Made by a program: the position numbers and the translations under genes
Shown here: in pieces, positions 1 to 7,340 of the stretch
Layout: every line of letters starts with the position of its first letter
Numbering within the stretch: position 1 is the stretch's first letter
Origin: a virus
Lineage: Duplodnaviria; Caudoviricetes
Virus record (IMG/VR): IMGVR_UViG_2596583697_000001
Location: 32,001-96,000 of that record
Direction: 5' to 3' (one strand)
DNA length: 64,000 bases
Notes under the pieces: model-generated
Database searches by the model: none
The model's input: only the letters and a program-made list of their open reading frames with translations
What the model was told of the DNA's origin: nothing

Positions 1-1065
1 GATGGTGACAATATCAATGGAAACAATTTTTGTCTTATCCTTATTTCTTTTAACTTTAGCTACGCATACAGATGATTGATTATTATTTGTATTTTGAGAC
101 CTAGCTACGTCAACACCCAGATAAAATTCTTCATCAGATTTTGCGGCCTTTTGTGTTGTAGTTAAAGAACGACAACTCATTAGTTTATTAATATTTACAA
201 GAGCGTTATCTGAAGAGCCTACCCATTTTGATTCATAGTTTTGTGCAAAGGCAATCGGTGACATTTCCTTTTTCTTTTTTAAAATCTGACTTTTTGAACT
301 CCCTCGCCCATACCAACATGCTAAAAACCATGAAGAACCTAATACGATATCTCCTCCGAGGTTAGTCATATTTTCAACCATTTGAATACTTCGCTGAAAT
401 TCATCACTGCCTCTAAACCCCGAAGTGGTAAAAAAGTTTATTTGTTGATTTAACTCACAAGGATCTACGACTCCGAGTTTGCCAATAGTATATCTTGGAA
501 CTTCTACAATTGGTTTCAGCGCATCCTGAAAAGTAACATCATTCAGAAGAGCAGACTCCTCAATATTAATTCTTTTCCTTCTTTGTCCCTTTGAGGTTTG
601 GGCATTGGCAAGATTATCAATTCTTGAATCGGACTTGAATTTTACCTCAGCGTCACCCTTAGAAAATTTCTCTTTTCTTTCAAGTTCATTTTCCAACATG
701 GGAAAGTGGCGCATAATTTCATAATGCTTGTCTTTTAATAGTTCTGCGGCATTTTCCTTGGTTTGAGCTGTCATAGCTAAATCAATGCCAGGAAAAAATA
801 TTGATACCAAGTACATCGCCAATACTTCATCGTAAGTTTTTCCCCAACCTCTAGGAAACACACCATACATACTTACGAATCTCATAATGCATCGCAGATA
901 CGTTCTTTGGTCTGGGTGTAAATTTATTCCTCCAGAATCGGGCTTAATTAAGTCTAAAAAAAGATCAGGATACCACCTACACCAAGAACAGAACTCAACG
1001 TATTTGTATATATTCTTACCAAATATAGATTCATCTTGTAGATTAAGTATTTGCTCTTTGGTCAT
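1..1065 (-). CDS. Terminase large subunit (YonF-like), 5' part; runs off the left edge
   Basis: Not in ORF track. Manual translation from ATG 1065 (TAATG overlap with upstream stop): MTKEQILNLQ...FPRGWGKT (Walker A)...RINIEES (Walker B)...FTTSG (coupling motif)...YLGVDVAR (nuclease). Confidence 0.9.
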   Translation of the reverse strand, partial: MTKEQILNLQDESIFGKNIYKYVEFCSWCRWYPDLFLDLIKPDSGGINLHPDQRTYLRCIMRFVSMYGVFPRGWGKTYDEVLAMYLVSIFFPGIDLAMTAQTKENAAELLKDKHYEIMRHFPMLENELERKEKFSKGDAEVKFKSDSRIDNLANAQTSKGQRRKRINIEESALLNDVTFQDALKPIVEVPRYTIGKLGVVDPCELNQQINFFTTSGFRGSDEFQRSIQMVENMTNLGGDIVLGSSWFLACWYGRGSSKSQILKKKKEMSPIAFAQNYESKWVGSSDNALVNINKLMSCRSLTTTQKAAKSDEEFYLGVDVARSQNTNNNQSSVCVAKVKRNKDKTKIVSIDIVTI

Positions 1066-2198
1066 TACTCATCACCTTCCTCATAATCTTTGGGAAGAGT
1101 AATGAATTTCTTTATACTTTCTCTATTTTTTTCACTAGTATCTTCATCGAAAATTCCATATGGATCACCATATTGATCAAGATATTCCTGCTTTTTCTTG
1201 TCGTAAAATTTATATACATCTTCGTACTCACAAGATGGCAATCCCTGCAAATCTCTAATATAATTTACATAACACCAAATATTAAAATCTAATGCATCAT
1301 TTGGTCTGAACTTAAATTTGGGCAATATTGGAATTACCTCAACAGCCTGTTCAACAGCCTTAAATATTTCGGAAAAGCTATTTAAACCACCTTGTAAATC
1401 TGATTGAGTTAATTGTTTTGGTGTTAACTTTGCCGATTCGGCTGCACCCATGGCTGCGTCATACCATTTTTTTGCTGCTGTAACATCGCCTTCAGCGGTT
1501 GATATTTCTTCCTGTACTTTAAACCTGACATATGTAGCCAACGCTTCTTGATGCAAATTGGTTTGAAGAGAGTAATTGAGTTTCAATTTCTCATACTTTT
1601 CATACATCTTTTTGTAAATTAATGGATCTTCATATCCATCACCAAATAATTCAATCATTTCAGGAGTTGGTATAAACTCAATAATGTCTTTTTTTTTATT
1701 AGTTTTTATTTGTGTGTTTACATCGTTATAGTTTTTTTCAACGAATTCTTTTTCTTGTTTTATCCTATTGTTATTTTGGTGCATGAACCCATCTTTTTCA
1801 GAATCAGAGTACGACTTTGCTTTATCCTGTCTCATCGCAATGAGTGTAAAATATTTTTGTAATATTTCCATGCCATGAAGTTTTAATTCATCATCGCTAA
1901 TATAACTGTTTTCTTTTTTAACAGATCTCTCTGATGAAAAAATTAAATCTTTGTAGTATGGCTTATCAATGGATCGAAGTAATTCGTTCAATTTGATTTC
2001 ATTTACAGAACCATCATTGTTTAATGCCATTGATTTACAGCATTCCTTGCAAACAGGAACTCGTTTATCTATAGAATAAAGAGGACTATAACTGACATAA
2101 AAGTCCGTTAGCTTTTTCTCTTCATGACAACAAGTACATATCTTACTTCCTTTTTGTTTATTAGCTGGCACTTTGCCAGCAGTATTCGATTTTGGCAT
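1065..2198 (-). CDS. Zn-finger phage protein upstream of terminase, candidate small terminase/packaging factor
   Basis: N-terminal CTCC...CKEC; translationally coupled to terminase large subunit; AGGAGG RBS. Confidence 0.55.
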   Translation of the reverse strand: MPKSNTAGKVPANKQKGSKICTCCHEEKKLTDFYVSYSPLYSIDKRVPVCKECCKSMALNNDGSVNEIKLNELLRSIDKPYYKDLIFSSERSVKKENSYISDDELKLHGMEILQKYFTLIAMRQDKAKSYSDSEKDGFMHQNNNRIKQEKEFVEKNYNDVNTQIKTNKKKDIIEFIPTPEMIELFGDGYEDPLIYKKMYEKYEKLKLNYSLQTNLHQEALATYVRFKVQEEISTAEGDVTAAKKWYDAAMGAAESAKLTPKQLTQSDLQGGLNSFSEIFKAVEQAVEVIPILPKFKFRPNDALDFNIWCYVNYIRDLQGLPSCEYEDVYKFYDKKKQEYLDQYGDPYGIFDEDTSEKNRESIKKFITLPKDYEEGDE

Positions 2199-2314
2199 TA
2201 TGCCACCTCCCTTTTCACAATATAAAAAGAGCCTTCAATGGCTCCAAATTCTCAAGCAAATCGCTATTCAATACAAAAATAGAAGAGTAGATTGTTACAT
2301 CCACACTTCCTAAA

Positions 2315-2518
2315 TTACTGCTGAGCTTTTCTCTTAGTACACTCTTCTTTAAAAGAGGTTCCTGAGAAGGTCTTCCAACCACGAGCTGCACAATAAGCGC
2401 AGTCATCAGGATGTACTTTTCCGGTTCCGGGGCCATATTCTGCCATATGTGCCTTATAATCGGCTTCCTCTGCTGGGCTTTCAAATGTAATTACTTCTTT
2501 TTCGTAATCATAAATCAT
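2315..2518 (-). CDS. Small Cys-containing hypothetical protein
   Basis: AAGGAGTG RBS upstream; CAYC motif; co-oriented with late genes. Confidence 0.5.
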   Translation of the reverse strand: MIYDYEKEVITFESPAEEADYKAHMAEYGPGTGKVHPDDCAYCAARGWKTFSGTSFKEECTKRKAQQ

Positions 2519-2572
2519 GTGTATTCACTCCTTTATATGTTATATTTATACATAAAAATATGTATTTCGCAG

Positions 2573-2716
2573 TTAATCCAACTTCTCCAGAAGTCCTTCA
2601 ATGGTCATCGTTTCTCCAATAGATACACATGTATCCTGGCGAGTTTCAAGAACTTCTTTCAGAATTGAGATTTCGTCATCAGTAAGGTTGATTGTCTTCG
2701 TTATAATGTCAAACAC
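2573..2716 (-). CDS. Small hypothetical protein (47 aa, MFDIITKTINL...)
   Basis: Manual translation, GTG start after AGGGGTG RBS, directly downstream of HU. Confidence 0.5.
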   Translation of the reverse strand: MFDIITKTINLTDDEISILKEVLETRQDTCVSIGETMTIEGLLEKLD

Positions 2717-2728
2717 TCATATCACCCC

Positions 2729-3001
2729 TTACTTTACGGCTTCTTTTAACGCTTTACCGGCTTTGAATTTAGGCGTTTTTGTCGCTTCAATGTGAAGTGC
2801 TTCGCCCGTCTTGGGATTCCGACCTTCTCTGGCAGCTCTTTCGGCAACTTCAAATGTGCCAAAGCCAACTAACTGAACTTTCTCACCCTTTACCAATTCC
2901 TCAGCAACAACTTCTGTTAATGCCTTCACAAATATCTCTGTATCTTTTACCTGTAAACCTGTCTTGGTAACAATAGCGCTGATTAATTCTGGTTTGTTCA
3001 T
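2729..3001 (-). CDS. hup: HU family DNA-binding protein
   Basis: MNKPELI...VQLVGFGTFEV...RAAREGRNPKTGE...PKFKAGKALKEAVK; start moved to ATG 3001 after AAGGAG. Confidence 0.95.
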   Translation of the reverse strand: MNKPELISAIVTKTGLQVKDTEIFVKALTEVVAEELVKGEKVQLVGFGTFEVAERAAREGRNPKTGEALHIEATKTPKFKAGKALKEAVK

Positions 3002-3220
3002 ATATAAATCTCCTTGTATTTTAAAATAGTGGGAGAGGATAGCAACAACCTCTCTTTGCTTCATGTTATTACAGGGGTACTCCTCATCACCTGTTTATCT
3101 CCAAGCGCCCGGCTCACCGTATGTCTACGGATTCGTAGAGAACATCTTCTCTAACTAATTGCGCTATTTCCCTAATTTGACCGCACAGCAGTCATTCGCA
3201 ACTTTTTTAACCAACAAAAT

Positions 3221-3415
3221 CTAATACTTCTCTGCTACTGCAAGAATGGCATTTGCAATTCTAATTGCTTCACAATCTCCTAAATCATGAAGAATAGACT
3301 CTGAAACTTTTAATGGAAAATATTTTATATATTCTCTATCATCTTCTGACACAATATTTTTGCTGGCAATCTCCTGAAATTTTGTTAAAGTATCGATTGT
3401 TTTAAAGTCGTTCAT
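3221..3415 (-). CDS. Hypothetical protein
   Basis: GAGGTG RBS, 64 aa ORF. Confidence 0.55.
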   Translation of the reverse strand: MNDFKTIDTLTKFQEIASKNIVSEDDREYIKYFPLKVSESILHDLGDCEAIRIANAILAVAEKY

Positions 3416-3484
3416 AAATACACCTCTTCTCTGTTAAAGCAATAAAAAAGAACCGCCACAAGCGATTCGCAATCAAATGTATGT

Positions 3485-4462
3485 TTAATTTAGAACAACC
3501 AATTTAGTCTTGTCGTCGATTGTATTACCTTCATGATCTTGGCACATAAAAATAAACCCTTCCTTTTGACTATTGAAGAGTTTCCCATCAGAATAATTAT
3601 TCTTTTTTACGTCGCAAAAAGCACCTTGCTCATAAATAGTAGTGTTACCAATAGTGTATTGACCACTGCGATGAGTATGAGCCATTACAAGGCGCCTGAA
3701 ATCAAATCCCTCGTTCCTGAACCAAAGCATAGCCTTTTCCGCTGTTTTCAATATTCCAGATGAATATGCCATTGGGTGACAGAAAATAGTGTCATTAATT
3801 TGACAGTACCAATTATCCGTATATTCAATTTCGATATTTTCAAATACATTTTTTAGTGGTTTATATTCTATTTTAGTCCGTTCGCGTTTATCAAAATGTC
3901 TGAATCCATCTATGAAAATTAATTCAAGAGATGTTTTTGGCATCAGCTCTAATAAATCGCTATCCAAGTTTTTTGCCAAGTATGACTGAAAACGGATGTC
4001 ATGGTTGCCGTATGTAATAACTACCTTCTTTGGATTGATATATTCAATCAGTTCAATCAAATATTTTCTGGTCTCAATAATTTCTTCCATAGGGCTTACC
4101 CTATATGCTTTTGGGAAAGTTGAGATTGATTGCATATCTGATATATCCCCGTTAAGTTGCAAAATGTCTGTTCTGCCTACATAATCAGACAGTAATTCCT
4201 TTGGGAGCTGAAATGGTACATGCAAATCAGAAATGGATAGGATAGTAGTAGAAACGCTATTATACCCATGTATATAGCTATCATATTCTTCATATCCAAC
4301 GGCCTGTTTTCTTAACTGATCTGAAGTAATATCCAGTCCTAGCATATCTCGGATTTCTACCCAATCCATGTCAGTATTTCCACGCTTCTTTGCCAAGCAG
4401 CACCTAATCTTCCAGCCAGTTAAATCTTCGCCATCTTGTCTATATAAATTTATCTCATTCAC
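3485..4462 (-). CDS. Calcineurin-like metallophosphoesterase (SPbeta YonJ-like position)
   Basis: Motifs SDLH, NGDISD, YGNHD, CHP, AHTH; probable GTG start at 4462. Confidence 0.85.
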   Translation of the reverse strand: MNEINLYRQDGEDLTGWKIRCCLAKKRGNTDMDWVEIRDMLGLDITSDQLRKQAVGYEEYDSYIHGYNSVSTTILSISDLHVPFQLPKELLSDYVGRTDILQLNGDISDMQSISTFPKAYRVSPMEEIIETRKYLIELIEYINPKKVVITYGNHDIRFQSYLAKNLDSDLLELMPKTSLELIFIDGFRHFDKRERTKIEYKPLKNVFENIEIEYTDNWYCQINDTIFCHPMAYSSGILKTAEKAMLWFRNEGFDFRRLVMAHTHRSGQYTIGNTTIYEQGAFCDVKKNNYSDGKLFNSQKEGFIFMCQDHEGNTIDDKTKLVVLN

Positions 4463-4473
4463 CGCCTTACCAG

Positions 4474-4683
4474 TTATTCTGCATCGAACATTGTAGAAGA
4501 GAGTGGCAATGCTCCGCCGAGTTTGCAATCAACTAACTGATCCTTATATTCCATAAACATATCTTTTACGTTAATAGGTTCCCCAAACTCCTCGTGGCTC
4601 AAATACAGTTCACCATCAATTTCTTCAACCTTTGCTCCTACTATATTGTAGATACTTTGTTTTGTATTATCTAATTTTGCCAT
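4474..4683 (-). CDS. YonK-like small protein
   Basis: Size, sequence pattern and position just upstream of the phosphoesterase as in SPbeta. Confidence 0.55.
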   Translation of the reverse strand: MAKLDNTKQSIYNIVGAKVEEIDGELYLSHEEFGEPINVKDMFMEYKDQLVDCKLGGALPLSSTMFDAE

Positions 4684-4698
4684 AATTTTCCCTCCAAA

Positions 4699-4992
4699 TT
4701 AAAAAGACTTCTTATGTGGGTTGAAATATCTCTGTCGAGATTTATTCGCCCTTACATCAAGAAGTTGTTCTACTTTTTCTTTATATTTTTCATTTTTAGT
4801 CAGTCTTGAGATACATGATAAATAGTAATTACCTACTCTACGAGGTATTTTTTCATCTACCACATTGTCAATTAATTTTTTGGCGGCGTGATAGTTTTTG
4901 AAATGTATGTGAGCGTTATTGTTATCGCTTCTACACACTCTATAACCCGTTTCTGTACGTTGTATTATGAAACCATGGTATTCTTCACCCAT
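4699..4992 (-). CDS. Hypothetical basic phage protein
   Basis: 97 aa ORF in late operon. Confidence 0.6.
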   Translation of the reverse strand: MGEEYHGFIIQRTETGYRVCRSDNNNAHIHFKNYHAAKKLIDNVVDEKIPRRVGNYYLSCISRLTKNEKYKEKVEQLLDVRANKSRQRYFNPHKKSF

Positions 4993-4997
4993 AATAT

Positions 4998-5177
4998 TTA
5001 GTTGCCACGAATGGCTTTTAATGCCTTTAAAACAGCCACCTTTTCAGCGGCATAATACTTCCTGTGACGCTTGTTTGCAGAATGACATAGGTCTGCTTCA
5101 TAATAATTTTTGTGATCAGAATATCTGAAACCTTGAGATTCTAACAGCTTAGCTTCCTTCTTGCTTATTGATAAAAT
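4998..5177 (-). CDS. Small hypothetical protein with probable ATT start (ILSISKKEAKLLESQG...)
   Basis: 59-codon frame bounded upstream by in-frame TGA, preceded by GAAAGCGAGTG SD-like sequence; no ATG/GTG/TTG near the 5' end. Confidence 0.5.
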   Translation of the reverse strand: MLSISKKEAKLLESQGFRYSDHKNYYEADLCHSANKRHRKYYAAEKVAVLKALKAIRGN

Positions 5178-5225
5178 TTTATTTCACTCGCTTTCATTTT
5201 AAAATTTCTCCGGAGAGGAGAGTAG

Positions 5226-5309
5226 CACTAGAATGAGGTGTCGATCCCCATGCTGTTAAACACACACTGCTTTCAAGGCAGGTTACGGAGCCGTCCGGAT
5301 TATTCTAGC
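5226..5309 (-). tRNA. tRNA-Ser(TGA), atypical; no encoded CCA
   Basis: Acceptor GCTAGAA/TTCTAGT with G discriminator; anticodon arm CTGC-CTTGAAA-GCAG; long variable arm; T arm TGGGG-ATCGACA-CCTCA. Confidence 0.7.
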
Positions 5310-5318
5310 AAGATTTCA

Positions 5319-5715
5319 TTTGCAATTACTACAGCTCTGTACAAGCCATAGCGTCAATTACGCATCACGACTAAACTCAACCGGAGATTCTATCGAATTT
5401 TAGTGATTATATTTTAATTTTTACAAACAAAGAGGTTTGAAAATTAAACTTTGAAATTTAAGTGCTGAATATTGAATTTTTATTCAATTAGTATGGATAT
5501 TTAACGCATCTATGAGCGTATTATAATCTCCATTCAATAATTTAGATAATCATTCAAATGTCATCTACTATTTGAACATACCTTCTTCATATACTTAAAT
5601 ATGTATTTGATGTTATATAATAGTAAAAGTTAATTCCTCTTAGCATTAAATTTTACCTATGAATGTCCGCATAGGTGACGGAGCGTAAGTTTATGGTTTT
5701 CGTAATAATTGCAAA
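5319..5715 (-). ncRNA. Candidate ~400-nt structured RNA closed by a 14-bp terminal stem, with six tandem heptamers
   Basis: TTTGCAATTATTAC (5715-5702) pairs with GTAGTAATTGCAAA (5332-5319); the single mismatch is G-U on the minus strand; no ORF. Confidence 0.55.
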
Positions 5716-5723
5716 GGTTTAAA

Positions 5724-6356
5724 TTATGACTCTAATTCAATGAAATTTGTTGCGTTAGACAACACGAGAGCCGTGTTGACATTACTGTTAAAAGCATCGA
5801 TTTCCGCTTCCAATGCAATCATATTGTCAAAGATTCCAATCGGATCAATGAACTCAAACTCATTTTTGTCTCTATATGGTTTTTCGATGTTTTCCTGATC
5901 TTCCTTTGAAATCTTCTTATCAGAGTCCTTACCTACCAAAGTCTGTAATAATTCATCAACCTTGGAATCAACCTTTTTATTTTCCTTATTTACAGTATCG
6001 GTAGAAGTTGCATACTGACGTTTCATCTCTGTGAGAAAATCCACCTCATACTGAATTGAGTTCTTTCTTTCAATAGCTTCAGCGACGGTCATTTTCTTAC
6101 CGGAAATTACAACTTCTGTGGTAGCGTTTGACTTAACAATAGCTGACTTCAGAGCGTTTCTGTTTTCAATCAAATCGGTGATAGACTGATAGGACGCCTT
6201 AGACTTCTCAATAAAGGTCTCTTTGGTAACTACACCTACTTTATCAGAAGATTTCTTTGCTGCTCCAACGAGTTTCGCATTCCCAATTGCCTTAGAGATT
6301 TTGGAATCATAAAGTTTCAATTCATTAAGTGCCTCTGTAATACTAATTTCTCTCAT
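5724..6356 (-). CDS. Coiled-coil phage protein (ISITEAL / MTVAEAI repeats; resembles DIP1984-like proteins)
   Basis: 210 aa, helical, AGGAG RBS; family assignment from memory only. Confidence 0.6.
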   Translation of the reverse strand: MREISITEALNELKLYDSKISKAIGNAKLVGAAKKSSDKVGVVTKETFIEKSKASYQSITDLIENRNALKSAIVKSNATTEVVISGKKMTVAEAIERKNSIQYEVDFLTEMKRQYATSTDTVNKENKKVDSKVDELLQTLVGKDSDKKISKEDQENIEKPYRDKNEFEFIDPIGIFDNMIALEAEIDAFNSNVNTALVLSNATNFIELES

Positions 6357-6424
6357 TGAACAAATTTCTCCTTTAAATAATGAATTTTAATTGTCTAATT
6401 CTTCTTCGGTGGGATTTCACACCC

Positions 6425-6860
6425 TAAAATTGAATTTGTTTGAGCTGTCAGCTCAGTTCTTATTAATAATTTGGACTTACTCCAATTGTTAAATTCAAAC
6501 CGCTATTGTGCAGAGCGATGTACTTTTGACGAGTAATCACAACTCGTAGTTATCTCTATTAAAACAACATTTATTAATCGTATCTGTGAACGATGCACTC
6601 TGCTTGATTTAATATTTATACTGTTAGCCGGGAGGCGTATCCGACATCTCTTTAAGACCTTTTGAACGATAAGGCGTGATAGCTGCCCATTCTATCCTTA
6701 ACAGTATTTTTAATAACCGCATAAAACGGGTATTTTCTAAGTATTGGTTTAGGATTTTCCTTTCCGTTGGCATGGGCTTAAAGTCTCCATACCGACTTAT
6801 TTCGAGGAGGTGTCGTTAACCACTTACCGAGTGTAAGTCAATCAACGACTTTATGAGAAT
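6425..6860. ncRNA. Candidate large structured RNA or leader
   Basis: ORF-free region with nested stems 6430-37/6491-98, 6441-46/6450-55, 6471-75/6481-85, 6510-15/6598-603, 6529-34/6542-47, 6618-26/6699-707. Confidence 0.4.
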
Positions 6861-7037
6861 AAGTTGAATTATGAGCTATTCTTATGTATTTTTTGATTTT
6901 CTTTTCTCTCTTACCTAGGGCTCCCTTATAATTTTTCTTCGAAATTAATGGAAGTTTCCCATACCTCTTACGGAAGAGTTCCGCGAAAAAATGATAGGTT
7001 AAAATTGAAAAAAGTAACTTTTCATCTCAATAATGCC

Positions 7038-7340
7038 TTATCTACAAGCCTTTTGATACTTACATCCATTTTTAATTCTATTTTTAATTCCGGTTGCAAT
7101 TTTAAAAGTAGGATAAATACATTTTTCTAAATTTAATTCTGGATTTCCAAATAGATTTTTGCCCTGCATAGGTTTTCGTTCAACCAAAGTAAATCTTCCA
7201 AGCTTGGGAATTTCAACTTCTTCTCCGCAGATAAGTTTCTCTGCTGTCAAACTAGAAGAAGTATTAAAAACTTCTTCTACAGCATAATCAGATAACATGC
7301 ACCTCTTTGCAACTTCTTTCACAAATTCGCTTTTATTCAA
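7038..7340 (-). CDS. Divergent HU/IHF-like DNA-binding protein
   Basis: MNKSEFVKEVA...VEIPKLGRF...YPTFK pattern. Confidence 0.8.
   Translation of the reverse strand: MNKSEFVKEVAKRCMLSDYAVEEVFNTSSSLTAEKLICGEEVEIPKLGRFTLVERKPMQGKNLFGNPELNLEKCIYPTFKIATGIKNRIKNGCKYQKACR

Noticed and set aside
5260-5290. Plus-strand loop CTGC-TTTCAAG-GCAG suggesting a tRNA-Sec (TCA)
   Set aside because: The cloverleaf order (D arm, anticodon, variable arm, T arm) only works on the minus strand, giving Ser-TGA
6373-6390. Site-like TTAAAT-AATGAA-TTTTAA in the late arm
   Set aside because: Isolated and degenerate in AT-rich sequence; may be chance and was not counted
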